The translations under genes were made by a program, and so were the position numbers. DNA of 62,932 nucleotides, the filler included, from Candidatus Fermentibacterota bacterium (GTDB lineage: Bacteria > JAFGKV01): the NCBI GenBank assembly GCA_016928395.1. It is 6 parts of 6 records of this genome, joined end to end, with 100 filler letters (N's around TTAATTAATTAA, not from the genome) between each part and the next. Parts side by side here need not be neighbours in the genome. Positions count along the whole stretch, not along the records: positions 21,575 to 44,742 come from JAFGKV010000121.1; 5 more parts are not named here. One strand, 5' to 3'. Below the pieces are notes generated by a model. The model made no database searches. It was not told the origin of the DNA and saw only the letters and a list, made by a program, of their open reading frames with translations. Shown here piece after piece: positions 28,185 through 38,383 of the stretch. How positions within the stretch are numbered: the stretch's first letter is position 1; each line of letters starts with the position of its first letter.

Positions 28185-29978
28185 ATGGATAGGTTTCGCA
28201 CCCACTGTCTGGTTTGCACGGGGACCGGTTGTGTCTCCAACGGCGCCTTTGAGGTCAAGCGCGCGCTGGAAGAGGAACTGAAACGCCGAGGCCTGGAGCA
28301 TGAGGTGCAGGTGGTAGGCACTGGCTGCAACGGGTTCTGCGAGCGGGGTCCCGTCATGCTGGTCCAGCCCGAAGGCGTGTTCTACCAGCAGCTTCGAGTG
28401 GAGGATGTTCCCAATTTGGTGGAGGAGCACTTCCTCAAGGGGCGGCCGGTCAATGACCTGATGTATGCCCCCACCAAGAAAGACGAAACCGTGCCGCTGA
28501 TGCGCGACATCGGTTTCTTCAAGGACCAGGTGCTGGTCGCCCTGCGCAACCGGGGCCGTATCGATCCCGAGGTCATCGAGGATTATGTCGGGCATGATGG
28601 GTACGCCGCTCTGGAGAAGGTGCTGACGGAGATGACTCCTGAGGATGTGCTGGGCGAAATGAAGAAGTCGGGGCTTCGCGGCCGGGGGGGCGCGGGGTTT
28701 CCCACAGGCCTGAAATGGGAGTTTTGCCGGCGGGCCACCGGGCACCCCAAGTACATAATCTGCAACGGTGACGAAGGTGACCCGGGGGCCTTCATGGATC
28801 GTTCGATCCTTGAGGCTGATCCTCACTCCGTGCTGGAAGGCATGGCCATCGGGGCCTACGCCATAGGGGCGGAGCACGGAATCCTCTATGTCCGTGACGA
28901 ATACCCCCTGGCTATCAAGCGGGTTGAGATCGCCATTGGGCAAGCTCGCAACCTGGGGCTTCTGGGTTCGGATATCCTGGGCACGGGATTCAGCTTCGAC
29001 GCCCGGGTTGTCCGCGGCGGCGGCGCGTTTGTGTGCGGCGAGGAAACCGCGCTCATGGCCTCCATCGAGGGGAGAGAAGGCCGGCCGCGATTCCGGCCGC
29101 CGTTCCCCGCGGAGAAGGGAGTCTGGGGAAAACCCACCAACATCAACAATGTGGAGACCTGGGCCAATGTAGCGCCCATCATCTCCCGGGGCGCCGAGTG
29201 GTTTGCCTCGATGGGCACCGAGACCAGCAAGGGGACCAAGATCTTCTCGCTGGTGGGCACGGTGAACAACTCAGGCCTCGTCGAAGTTCCCATGGGAATC
29301 ACAATACGCAAGATCGTGTTCGACATCGGCGGCGGCATCCCGGGAGGCAGGGCCTTCAAGGCCGTGCAGATCGGCGGCCCCTCGGGCGGCTGTATTCCTG
29401 CCGAGCTGCAGGACACCATCATCGACTACGAATCGCTGGCGCGTACCGGGGCCATCATGGGTTCCGGCGGGCTGGTGGTGATGGATGAGCGGACCTGTAT
29501 GGTCGACGTGGCACGCTACTTCCTGGAGTTCACCCAGAGCGAATCATGCGGGAAATGCACGTTCTGCCGGATCGGCACCAAGAGGATGATGGAAGTACTC
29601 ACCAGGATATGCGAGGGCAAGGGAGAGCCCAGCGACATTGCGCTGCTGGAAGACCTGGCGGTCAGGATTCGCGACTCCAGCCTCTGCGCGCTGGGCCAGA
29701 CCGCGCCCAATCCGGTCTTGACCACGCTCAAGTATTTCCGGCACGAGTATGACGCCCACATACAGGAGAAGCGATGCCCGTCCCATGTGTGTGCCGCGCT
29801 GCTCGTGTACGGAATCGATCCGGACAAGTGCACCGGGTGCACCCTGTGCGCACGGGTCTGCCCCGTGAATGCCATCACGGGTGAACGAAAACAGGTGCAC
29901 ACCATCAATCAGGCACTCTGCATCAAGTGCGGGCAGTGCTATACCGCCTGCCGTTTCGATGCAATCACCAGGGAGTAG
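28185..29978 (+). CDS. NuoF/HydB/StnB-like FMN/NADH subunit
   Basis: GRGGAGFPTG, NGDEGDPG, GEETAL, SCGKC..CR.G, C-terminal 2x[4Fe-4S]. Confidence 0.93.
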   Translation: MDRFRTHCLVCTGTGCVSNGAFEVKRALEEELKRRGLEHEVQVVGTGCNGFCERGPVMLVQPEGVFYQQLRVEDVPNLVEEHFLKGRPVNDLMYAPTKKDETVPLMRDIGFFKDQVLVALRNRGRIDPEVIEDYVGHDGYAALEKVLTEMTPEDVLGEMKKSGLRGRGGAGFPTGLKWEFCRRATGHPKYIICNGDEGDPGAFMDRSILEADPHSVLEGMAIGAYAIGAEHGILYVRDEYPLAIKRVEIAIGQARNLGLLGSDILGTGFSFDARVVRGGGAFVCGEETALMASIEGREGRPRFRPPFPAEKGVWGKPTNINNVETWANVAPIISRGAEWFASMGTETSKGTKIFSLVGTVNNSGLVEVPMGITIRKIVFDIGGGIPGGRAFKAVQIGGPSGGCIPAELQDTIIDYESLARTGAIMGSGGLVVMDERTCMVDVARYFLEFTQSESCGKCTFCRIGTKRMMEVLTRICEGKGEPSDIALLEDLAVRIRDSSLCALGQTAPNPVLTTLKYFRHEYDAHIQEKRCPSHVCAALLVYGIDPDKCTGCTLCARVCPVNAITGERKQVHTINQALCIKCGQCYTACRFDAITRE

Positions 29979-30000
29979 GGCGGTGAGTGGAGAGAAAACC

Positions 30001-33000
30001 ATGACGAAGGTGACGGTCTCGATCGACGGCGCTGCGGTGGAAGCCTTTTCCCATGAGACCATTCTGGAGGCGGCCCGCCGCAGCGGCAGCGCCGATATCC
30101 CGACGCTCTGCCACAGCCCGCTGCTTCCGCCTTACGGCTCGTGTTTCGTGTGCGTGGTGGAGGTCGAAGGCGCCCGAACCCTCCAGCCGGCCTGTGCAAC
30201 CCGGGTTCGGGAGGGTATGGTCATCCACACCGCCACCGACCGGGTTCGTCAGACCCGCACAATGGCGCTGGATCTCTTGCTCTCCGCCCATTGGGCCGAC
30301 TGCATCGGGCCCTGCCAGATGGCCTGCCCCGCCGGGGTCGATGCCCAGGGGTATCTGGCCCTGGCCAGAGAGGGGAAGTATGCCGAGGCCGTGGAACTCA
30401 TCAAACGGGTGAACCCGTTGCCTATCGTGTGCGGCAGGGTGTGCGTGCGTGCCTGCGAGGTCGCCTGCGAGCGGCAGAAGGTGGACGAGCCTGTCGGCAT
30501 CAACTTCGTGAAGCGCTACGCCGCGGAACTGGAACGGGGCGAGGTCTACGTGCCGCGCCCCAAGCCGCCCATAGGGAAACGGGTGGCCATCGTCGGCAGC
30601 GGTCCCTCCGGCCTCACCTGCGCCTATTATCTGGCCTTGGAAGGCGTCGGGTGCACCATCTACGAGGCCTGGCCCAAGCCGGGAGGCATGCTGCGCTACG
30701 GTATTCCGGAGTATCGCCTTCCTAAACACCTGCTGGATCTGGAGATCGGCACCATCACGCGTCTGGGCGTCGACATCCAGACGGGCGTACGCCTGGGCAA
30801 GGATGTCACCTTGGACAGCCTGCGGCGAGACCACGACGCAGTCTTCGTGGCGGTCGGCGCGCCGGTGGGCCAGCGAATGCGGGTCGACGGCGAAGACACC
30901 ACCCAAGGCGTGCTTTCGGGGCTTGACTTCCTGACCAGGATCCTGCTGGGCACTCCTCTGCAGGTGCATGGCCGGGTCGTCGTGGTCGGCGGCGGCAATA
31001 CGGCCATCGATGCCGCCCGGACCGCCTTCCGCCTGGGGGCCGACGAGGTGATCATCCTGTACCGGCGTACCCGCAAGGAGATGCCGGCGGACGCGGTGGA
31101 AATCCACGCCGCGGAGGACGAGGGGGTTGAGCTGCAGCTTCTGGCGGCGCCTGTCGGCATCGTGTCCGAAGACGGCACGCTGAAGGGTATCAACGCCTTG
31201 CGCATGGAACTGGGCGAGCCGGACGCCAGCGGGCGGCGGCGCCCGGTCCCCATTCCGGGCAGCGAATACTTCATCCCCTGTGACTTCGTGTTCGGCGCTA
31301 TCGGCCAGGCCACGGATTTGTCGTGGGCCCGCGGGCCGGATGACAGCTCAGGCGAACTTGCCCGTACGAAGTGGGACACTGTGGTGGTGAATGATCGAAC
31401 CTTGGAAACGAACATCCCGGGCGTGTTCTCCGGCGGCGATGTGGTGACGGGCCCCAGCGTGGCCATCGAAGCCATCAGCCACGGCCGCCGCGCGGCAGCG
31501 GCCATGGTGGCATATTTGACGACCGGCACGGCCGAGGCCGCGCCCAAACCGTTCTACAGCACGAAAGAGCGCCTTGGTCCGGCCACACCCGAAGACCTGG
31601 CCTATGTGCCCAAGGCGCCGCGAAGCGTCATGCCGGAAGCCGACGCCCAGACCAGAAAGCGTTCCTGGGACGAAACGGAGCTGGGACTGGAGCACGCCGC
31701 GGTCCGGCAGGAAACTGAACGCTGCCTGGTATGCGGCTGCCTCGATTTCGGCGACTGCGACCTCCAGCGCCTGGCCACCGAGTATGGCGCAGATCCCACG
31801 CGGCTCAAAGGCGAAGTGGTACGGCACCGGCCTGATGAGAGCCACCCGTTCATCACATTGGACAACAACAAGTGCATCCTCTGCGGCAAATGCGTCGCCA
31901 TCTGCCGCGACCTGGTTGGTCCGGCGGCTCTGGGCTTCGTGAGCCGGGGCTTCGTGACCTCGGTGCGACCCACGCTGGAGGTGCCGCTGGCGGAATCTCC
32001 CTGCATCGGGTGTGGTAACTGCATCGACTCCTGTCCTACCGGGGCTCTGATGGACGGCGTGCGGTATCGCAAGCTCCGGGAGTGGAGGGTGGCGTATCAC
32101 GTCACCACATGCGCCCATTGCGCCGTGGGGTGCCCCCTGCGATTCGCCACGGTGGCCCCGGGGCTGTTCTGGGTGCAGACACCCCAGGAGATTGGCGAGC
32201 CCTCGCGGTCGTTCCTCTGCCAGAACGGCCGGTACGGGCACCGCTACCTGAGTGCACCACAAAGGCTGAATGGGCCGCTCATCCGGGAGAACGGGGCTTT
32301 GCGCCCGGCTTCCTGGGATGAGGCCCTGGAACGTGCCGCCTCGATTCTCAGAGAATCATCCGCCAATGAAAACGCCACTGCGGTCATCGGCAGTGGGACC
32401 TTGACCTTGGAAGAGGCTTTCCTGCTCCAACGGATCGGGCGGCGCTCTCTGGCGACCGCCCATGTGGGGACAGGCGGCCAACTGACGGGCATCGCCAGCG
32501 ACCGGGCCCTGGACGGGCTTGTCGGCTTCACGGGATCCACGGTACCCGTGGCGGCTCTGGATCAGGCCGACCTGGTATTCGTCGTGGGCACCGATCCCGC
32601 GTCGGTTGCGCCTGTAGTCGATTTCCGCCTGCATCAGGCATTACTCCGGGGCGCCACCGTGGTGCATATCGGCCCCTCCACTTTGGGTGCGGGCTCCCGG
32701 GCCGCGGTATGCGTGCCCACGGAGAACCCCGCTCCAGTGGCCCTCGCCCTGCTCCGAAGGCTGGCCATGGAAGGTGGGTTTGACCGCAGTTTCCTGCGCG
32801 AACGCTGCGCAGGCGTCGATCGGCTGGAATACCACCTGAAGAACCTCTCCGAAGAGGAGTTGCTCGAAGCCGGCGGGGTGGACTTGGAGACTCTGGCTTC
32901 GATTGCGAAGGTTGTGACCTCCGCGTCCGCTCACGTGGTGGGAATCGCGGGTGGCGGCGCAGGAGACGAGGCTTCGCTGAGGACTCTGGCCTTGCTGCTC

Positions 33001-33708
33001 TTGTGCATGGGCAAGATGGGTGTCGAGGGTTCGGGGCTTCTGGTACTCCGGGCGGATGCGAATGACCAGGGCATGCCCGCCGTCGGGTTGCATCCTGAGT
33101 TTCTCCCCGGGCGCGTGGCCGCGCCGGACGGATCCGTGATTGCCATGCGTTCGGCCCTGGCCGGCTCCGTGAAGGCCGCCGTGGTCGTGGCTGAGGACCC
33201 ACTGGCCACACCCGAGGGAACAGCGCTGCTGGCCGGCGTCGCCGATCTTGTGGTGCTGGATGCCTTTGCCACCGCCACTACCGCGGAGGCGAAGGTTGTG
33301 CTTCCGATCTCGGCTCCCGCCGAGACCACCGGCCGATTCTTCAACCTTGAGAGGCGGATCGCCCCTCTTGCCAAGTACGCAGAGCCACCAGCGGGCAAAG
33401 AGAGTTGGGAGGTCCTGGCGGCGCTGGAAGCGCGGCTTGCCGGATCAGCGCCTTTCTCCACGTTGGCAAAACTGTCACGCGCGGTAGACGGCATCCTAGG
33501 CGGCGCGGGCGGAGGCACGGGTGAGGTGCCCGAACCATTGTTCCTCCGCCGATTTCTTACGGCCAGCGGGCTTGCGGAACTGGGCAAGCCCGATGTGCTG
33601 GCTGGGGTGACGGTCAAGATTGAGCGGGGGCGTACGATGGGGTCCATCGGGCGCTGGGTGCATTCCTATCTAGTCGAAGCTCGTCCCAGCGCCGGCGTCT
33701 CGGAGTAG
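30001..33708 (+). CDS. StnC/SfrA-like fusion: [2Fe-2S] + GltD/NfnB-like FAD/NADPH domain + FeS + degenerate molybdopterin-oxidoreductase domain
   Basis: IPTLC..C..C; PC...CP; GSGPSG; GGGNTA.D; YRRT; C..CG.C; CAHCAVGC. Confidence 0.8.
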   Translation: MTKVTVSIDGAAVEAFSHETILEAARRSGSADIPTLCHSPLLPPYGSCFVCVVEVEGARTLQPACATRVREGMVIHTATDRVRQTRTMALDLLLSAHWADCIGPCQMACPAGVDAQGYLALAREGKYAEAVELIKRVNPLPIVCGRVCVRACEVACERQKVDEPVGINFVKRYAAELERGEVYVPRPKPPIGKRVAIVGSGPSGLTCAYYLALEGVGCTIYEAWPKPGGMLRYGIPEYRLPKHLLDLEIGTITRLGVDIQTGVRLGKDVTLDSLRRDHDAVFVAVGAPVGQRMRVDGEDTTQGVLSGLDFLTRILLGTPLQVHGRVVVVGGGNTAIDAARTAFRLGADEVIILYRRTRKEMPADAVEIHAAEDEGVELQLLAAPVGIVSEDGTLKGINALRMELGEPDASGRRRPVPIPGSEYFIPCDFVFGAIGQATDLSWARGPDDSSGELARTKWDTVVVNDRTLETNIPGVFSGGDVVTGPSVAIEAISHGRRAAAAMVAYLTTGTAEAAPKPFYSTKERLGPATPEDLAYVPKAPRSVMPEADAQTRKRSWDETELGLEHAAVRQETERCLVCGCLDFGDCDLQRLATEYGADPTRLKGEVVRHRPDESHPFITLDNNKCILCGKCVAICRDLVGPAALGFVSRGFVTSVRPTLEVPLAESPCIGCGNCIDSCPTGALMDGVRYRKLREWRVAYHVTTCAHCAVGCPLRFATVAPGLFWVQTPQEIGEPSRSFLCQNGRYGHRYLSAPQRLNGPLIRENGALRPASWDEALERAASILRESSANENATAVIGSGTLTLEEAFLLQRIGRRSLATAHVGTGGQLTGIASDRALDGLVGFTGSTVPVAALDQADLVFVVGTDPASVAPVVDFRLHQALLRGATVVHIGPSTLGAGSRAAVCVPTENPAPVALALLRRLAMEGGFDRSFLRERCAGVDRLEYHLKNLSEEELLEAGGVDLETLASIAKVVTSASAHVVGIAGGGAGDEASLRTLALLLLCMGKMGVEGSGLLVLRADANDQGMPAVGLHPEFLPGRVAAPDGSVIAMRSALAGSVKAAVVVAEDPLATPEGTALLAGVADLVVLDAFATATTAEAKVVLPISAPAETTGRFFNLERRIAPLAKYAEPPAGKESWEVLAALEARLAGSAPFSTLAKLSRAVDGILGGAGGGTGEVPEPLFLRRFLTASGLAELGKPDVLAGVTVKIERGRTMGSIGRWVHSYLVEARPSAGVSE

Positions 33709-33740
33709 AACGCAGCGGACGGACTCCAGGCGAATCGTTG

Positions 33741-33763
33741 GGTGGGGGGCCTTCAGGCCCGAC
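33741..33763 (-). repeat. Single REP copy (same family as 6141 and 10840)
   Basis: Reverse complement is GTCGGGCCTGAAGGCCCCCCACC. Confidence 0.6.
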
Positions 33764-33858
33764 GGGCTCCCGGACACGGCCGGGAGACGGGCATGAGCAG
33801 AGAGTTGCGCAGGGTAGGGGAGGAGCCTGGTCCACTCCCGACTCTCATTGCCCCGCGC

Positions 33859-33886
33859 TTGACAGTGAGAGGTAACGCGCTATCGT
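33859..33886 (+). promoter_or_regulatory. Putative sigma70 promoter of the fol/pan operon
   Basis: TTGACA-16 bp-TATCGT. Confidence 0.5.
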
Positions 33887-33960
33887 GATCAGTCTTACTG
33901 ATCGAGGACTTGTGGGGCAGTGAGGCCCCATGCACCACTTCCTTACTACAGGCGATGAAC

Positions 33961-34329
33961 ATGGACAGAATCACCTTGAAGAATATGATCTTCTATGGCT
34001 CACACGGTGTGTCACCTGCCGAGCGCGAACTGGGTCAACGATTCGAGATTGATCTCTGCATGTTCGCCGATCTTAGTCGTGGGGCAGCCAGCGACAAGCT
34101 TCACAACACCATCGACTACGGCAAAGCCTACGCGGTGGTGGAGCACATCGTCACCCATCGAGTCTTCAACCTCCTGGAAACGCTGGCTCATGTCATCGCC
34201 CAGGAGATCCTGGCGGGATTTCCCGTCGAGCAGGTTGATGTCGTGGTTCGCAAACCCCGGGTTCCGATTCGGGGGACCCTGGATCTCGTCGAGGTTGCGG
34301 TATCCCGCAGCCGGGCTGGTGCTCCTTGA
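33961..34329 (+). CDS. folB: Dihydroneopterin aldolase
   Basis: FYGSHGV..AE..LGQRF.ID, TIDY, LLETLA, VRKP. Confidence 0.93.
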   Translation: MDRITLKNMIFYGSHGVSPAERELGQRFEIDLCMFADLSRGAASDKLHNTIDYGKAYAVVEHIVTHRVFNLLETLAHVIAQEILAGFPVEQVDVVVRKPRVPIRGTLDLVEVAVSRSRAGAP

Positions 34330-34829
34330 TTTCCAATCGACGTGCCTTCATTGGACTAGGGGGTAACGAAGGCGACCGGCCCACGATCCTGCGCCATGCG
34401 ATGCGGTCTCTGGATCGGCTCTCGCCCGGGCTTCGGTGTTCGCCAGTGTTTGAGAGCCACCCATTGGGCAGGCAACGCCAGCCGAATTTCCTCAACGCCG
34501 TGGTTGAGATGTGGTGGAAAGGGTCGGCCTACAGCCTGCTTACGGCGCTGCAGGCCATCGAACGAAGGTTGGGGCGCCGCCGGATGGTCCGCTGGAGTTC
34601 TCGTCCCGTGGATCTTGACCTACTCCTGCTGGACGGCCATATCTGTTGTGATGGGAGCCTGACCATCCCGCATCCGTCCATTGCCAGGCGGCCCTTCGTG
34701 TTGAGGCCGCTGCTCTCCCTTGATTCACGGGTACGCTCACCGGTCACAGGCCGGCGCTATGCCCGCTATCTGTGCCTGGTTCCGTCGAGAGGCATGCGCC
34801 GTCTGGATACGAGCGGTTGGACATCATAG
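34326..34829 (+). CDS. folK: 2-amino-4-hydroxy-6-hydroxymethyldihydropteridine diphosphokinase
   Basis: FIGLGGN, FLNAV, IE..LGR, R.VDLDLL, IPHP, R.FVL.PL. Confidence 0.92.
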   Translation: MISNRRAFIGLGGNEGDRPTILRHAMRSLDRLSPGLRCSPVFESHPLGRQRQPNFLNAVVEMWWKGSAYSLLTALQAIERRLGRRRMVRWSSRPVDLDLLLLDGHICCDGSLTIPHPSIARRPFVLRPLLSLDSRVRSPVTGRRYARYLCLVPSRGMRRLDTSGWTS

Positions 34830-34842
34830 CCGAGGGATACTA

Positions 34843-35499
34843 GTGGTTGCAGACAAACACTACATCGCGGTCGAAGGAGTGATCGGCGTGGGCAAGACCT
34901 GCCTCGTTCGTCGCCTTGCCACGCGTCTCGACGCCCGGGTAATCCTCGAGCAGGTCGAGGAGAATCCCTTTCTTCCATTCTTCTATCGAGACCCTGAGCG
35001 GTACGCCTTCCAAGTGCAAGTGTTCTTCCTTCTGAGCCGATTCAAGCAGCAGCAGCAAATCGGTCAGGCCGATATGTTCATGGACACTGTGGTGAGTGAC
35101 TACATGTTTGCCAAGGACAAGATCTTCGCCAGGTTGAATCTCGACGATCAGGAGCTTGTCCTCTACGAGCGAATCGCCGAGGTGCTGGAGAAATCTGCGG
35201 CACAGCCCGATCTGGTCGTCTATCTCCAAGCGAGAACGGATGTCATCATGCAGCGCATCAAGGAGCGGGGTCGCTCCTTTGAGAAGCGAATCAGCCGGGA
35301 CTATATCGAGGCTCTGAACGAGGCATACAATCGGTTTTTCTTCACCTACACCATCTCTCCGGTGCTGGTGGTGGACACCAACCATGTTGACTTCCGCTCC
35401 GATGATGAGGAGCTTGAGAGGCTCGTAGACAAGATGGCGCTGGCCCAGGCGGGCACGCAGATCTGGATACCGGGTACCGAATCGGAGGATGGGTTGTGA
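34843..35499 (+). CDS. Deoxynucleoside kinase
   Basis: IAVEG.IGVGKT, NPFL..FY, RIKERGRSFE. Confidence 0.92.
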   Translation: MVADKHYIAVEGVIGVGKTCLVRRLATRLDARVILEQVEENPFLPFFYRDPERYAFQVQVFFLLSRFKQQQQIGQADMFMDTVVSDYMFAKDKIFARLNLDDQELVLYERIAEVLEKSAAQPDLVVYLQARTDVIMQRIKERGRSFEKRISRDYIEALNEAYNRFFFTYTISPVLVVDTNHVDFRSDDEELERLVDKMALAQAGTQIWIPGTESEDGL

Positions 35500-36299
35500 G
35501 CGAACGGGTCACGCCGGCGCTTCTTGGCAAATGGAAGAGCGAGGGCCACCGGATCACGGCCTTGACCGCATACGATTACCCTCTTGCGTGTGTCCTTGAC
35601 AGCGCGGGAATCGATGTGGTTCTGGTGGGCGATTCCGTGGGCACGGCGGTGCTCGGGCTTCCCGATACGGTCGGGGTCACCATGGACGCCATGATCCATC
35701 ACAGCCGTGCCGTGGCCCGGGGGGTGACTCGTGCGCTGCTGGTCGGCGATATGCCGTTTCTCTCGTACCATCTTTCGGCGAGTCAGGCACTGGAGAATGC
35801 CGCACGGTTTCTCCAGGAAGGAGGGTGCCAGGCAGTGAAGCTGGAGGGCTTTTACCCCCAGTTGGTAGAGACCTTGGTTGATGTCGGGATTCCTGTCATG
35901 GGGCACCTTGGTCTCCTACCGCAGCGGGTACGGCTCACCGGTTCGTACCGAGTTGCCGGCCGAAGCGCGGATGAGAGGACGACGTTGTTTGAACAGGCTC
36001 AGGCCCTGGAACGAGCCGGGTGCTTCGCCATGGTGCTTGAATGTGTGATACCCGAGCCGGCGGGAGAGATCACCCGGGCTCTGGCGATTCCGACCATCGG
36101 GATCGGTTCCGGCCCGCACTGCGACGGGCAGATTCTCGTCACCCACGACATGCTTGGCCTTAACCGTGGTCGCGTACCGCGGTTCGTGCGCCGTTATGCC
36201 GATTTGGATGAGACGATCCGGCGCGCCGTTGGGGCCTATGCTGATGATGTGCGGGAGGGGCGATTCCCCGTCTCGCACGAAACCTACTCCGAGGAGTGA
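35496..36299 (+). CDS. panB: 3-methyl-2-oxobutanoate hydroxymethyltransferase
   Basis: LTAYD, LVGDS, DMPF.SY, VKLEG, GHLGL.PQ, CDGQILV. Confidence 0.96.
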   Translation: MSERVTPALLGKWKSEGHRITALTAYDYPLACVLDSAGIDVVLVGDSVGTAVLGLPDTVGVTMDAMIHHSRAVARGVTRALLVGDMPFLSYHLSASQALENAARFLQEGGCQAVKLEGFYPQLVETLVDVGIPVMGHLGLLPQRVRLTGSYRVAGRSADERTTLFEQAQALERAGCFAMVLECVIPEPAGEITRALAIPTIGIGSGPHCDGQILVTHDMLGLNRGRVPRFVRRYADLDETIRRAVGAYADDVREGRFPVSHETYSEE

Positions 36300-36302
36300 T
36301 AG

Positions 36303-37166
36303 ATGGACGTACTCCGGACCATTAGCGAGCTGCGCGCGTGGCGGCGCGCGGCACGGGGAAAGGTCGCTTTGGTACCTACCATGGGCTACTTCCATGAAGG
36401 ACATCTCTGTCTCATGCGCACGGCGCGGCGCGCCGCGGACGTCGTGCTGGTCTCCTCCTTTGTCAACCCCATTCAGTTCGGCCCCACCGAGGATCTGGCC
36501 CGGTATCCCCGGGATCTGGAGCGCGACAGGGCCCTGGCCTCGGACGCGGGGGTTGATGCCCTGTTCGTACCTTCCGCCGAGGAGATGTATGGGCAGTCAC
36601 ACGAGACGTTCGTGTATTGGCCCACCATGGGAAACCTCCTGTGCGGTCGTACTCGACCGGATCATTTCCGCGGTGTCGGCACCGTGGTGGCCAAACTCTT
36701 CAATCTTGCCTTCCCCCATGTGGCGACCTTTGGCCGCAAGGACGGCCAGCAGGTTCTGCTTCTGGAGCGAATGGTGCGCGAGCTGAACTTTGACGTCGAA
36801 ATAGTGGTGTGTCCCACGGTGCGCGAACCCGACGGGCTTGCTCTCAGCTCTCGCAATGCCCTCCTCAGCGCTGCCGACCGCATTCAGGCCTTGGGCATCT
36901 ACGCGGGTTTGGACGCAGCAAGAGCTGCGATTCTGGGCGGAGAACGCCGATCGGCTGCCATCCGCAATGAGATGGCGCAGCTCATGGCGAAGTCACCGGG
37001 TCTTGGGGTTGAGTATTGCGAAGTGGTCTCCAGGGAGTCTTTGCGGGCCGTGGACATCATAGACCACTGCTCCATGATCGCCGTTGCCGGTCGTGTCGGC
37101 ACCACGCGTCTCCTTGACAACCTGTGGACCATGGGTGCGGACGGGGATATTCGCATTGAATTGTAA
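36303..37166 (+). CDS. panC: Pantoate--beta-alanine ligase
   Basis: VPTMG..HEGH, FVNP.QF, RP.HF.GV, FG.KD.QQ, GLALSSRN, RLLDN. Confidence 0.96.
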   Translation: MDVLRTISELRAWRRAARGKVALVPTMGYFHEGHLCLMRTARRAADVVLVSSFVNPIQFGPTEDLARYPRDLERDRALASDAGVDALFVPSAEEMYGQSHETFVYWPTMGNLLCGRTRPDHFRGVGTVVAKLFNLAFPHVATFGRKDGQQVLLLERMVRELNFDVEIVVCPTVREPDGLALSSRNALLSAADRIQALGIYAGLDAARAAILGGERRSAAIRNEMAQLMAKSPGLGVEYCEVVSRESLRAVDIIDHCSMIAVAGRVGTTRLLDNLWTMGADGDIRIEL

Positions 37167-37908
37167 GGGCCCCGGTTTCGCCGCGGTGGTTCTGGCCGCC
37201 GGACGAGGCAAACGGATGCGATCCGACCTTCCGAAGGTCATGCACCCGCTACTGGGAAAACCCATGCTGGAGTATGTGCTCATGGCCGCCCGCCTCGCGA
37301 GGGCCGCACCGGTGGTGGTTATCACTGGGGCCGCAACACCCGGAGTTGCCGAATGTGCCCGTGGCTTTGGCGCAGAGATCGCAGTACAGCTGGTTCCCCG
37401 CGGCACGGGTGACGCCGTGCGGTGGGCGCATCCCCATTTGAATGGGTTCCAGGGTGACATTGTCGTCCTCTGCGGTGACGCTCCGGTCGTAACCGGCGAG
37501 ACAATCACCCGGCTGGTGGCCCTGCACCGAGGCGAACGGAATGCGGTGACCATTCTCACTGCCCAGGTGCCCAATCCCCAGGGGTTTGGGCGCATCATCA
37601 GGGCCGAAGACGGCAGGGTGACGCGCATCGTCGAAGAGGCCGATGCCTCGGCACACGAGCGGGCTATCGGCGAGGTGAACAGCGGCGCCTACTGTTTCGC
37701 GCCGGACGCGCTCTTTCCCCAGCTTGACTTCTTGACCTCCGACAATAGCCAAGGTGAGATCTACCTGACCGATGTAGTGGGCGCTCTCTTTCGGGAGGGT
37801 CGCCGCGTGGGTGCACTTTCCATGGGCGTACCTGCGGCACCGCTGGGCATCAACACCGTCGAGGAACTGGAGGAGACGGAGCGCGTCCTGGCCGCCCGAA
37901 GAGGTTGA
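37156..37908 (+). CDS. GlmU N-terminal-like NTP transferase (no acetyltransferase domain)
   Basis: LAAGRGKRMRS..PKV, GTGDAV, GFGRIIR, EVNSG.Y, E.YLTD. Confidence 0.88.
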   Translation: MNCKGPGFAAVVLAAGRGKRMRSDLPKVMHPLLGKPMLEYVLMAARLARAAPVVVITGAATPGVAECARGFGAEIAVQLVPRGTGDAVRWAHPHLNGFQGDIVVLCGDAPVVTGETITRLVALHRGERNAVTILTAQVPNPQGFGRIIRAEDGRVTRIVEEADASAHERAIGEVNSGAYCFAPDALFPQLDFLTSDNSQGEIYLTDVVGALFREGRRVGALSMGVPAAPLGINTVEELEETERVLAARRG

Positions 37909-37909
37909 G

Positions 37910-38383
37910 ATGGAAAGGATATGGGCCCCCTGGCGGATGGAGTATGTCGGCTGTGCGTCGGAGACGACCGGCTGTGTCCTCTGTCACGCAGCCGAGGGGA
38001 ACGAGTTGGTGCTCTCAGTCACCGATCATGTCATCATCTTGCTGAACAAGTATCCCTATACGACCGGCCACCTCATGGTCTCGCCTCTGCGACACGTCCC
38101 CGATCTCGAATCGCTTCAGGATGACGAGTTGTGGCACCTCGTAGCCGCGGTACGATTCAGCGAGACCGTGCTGAAGCGGGAATACCGGCCCGATGGCCTA
38201 AACATCGGGTTCAACCTCGGCGCGTGCGCCGGGGCAGGAGTTTTGGGACATGTGCATGTGCATCTGGTGCCTCGTTGGAAGGGTGATACCAACTTCATGC
38301 CGGTGATAGGCGAGGTGCGCGTCCTGCCGGAGTCGTTGGAGCGCTCGTTCGAGCGGCTCCGCCCCTACTTCGAGGCGCAATGA
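37910..38383 (+). CDS. HIT-family hydrolase
   Basis: WAPWR, LNKYPY..GH, HVHVHLVPRW.GD.NF. Confidence 0.92.
   Translation: MERIWAPWRMEYVGCASETTGCVLCHAAEGNELVLSVTDHVIILLNKYPYTTGHLMVSPLRHVPDLESLQDDELWHLVAAVRFSETVLKREYRPDGLNIGFNLGACAGAGVLGHVHVHLVPRWKGDTNFMPVIGEVRVLPESLERSFERLRPYFEAQ

Noticed and set aside
30001-33708. Formate dehydrogenase or glutamate synthase call
   Set aside because: No Cys/Sec-His ligand motif is visible and there is no gltB; the architecture fits StnC/SfrA better.
37156-37908. Truncated glmU pseudogene
   Set aside because: The domain is intact and ends cleanly before the HIT gene; stand-alone uridyltransferase domains are known.
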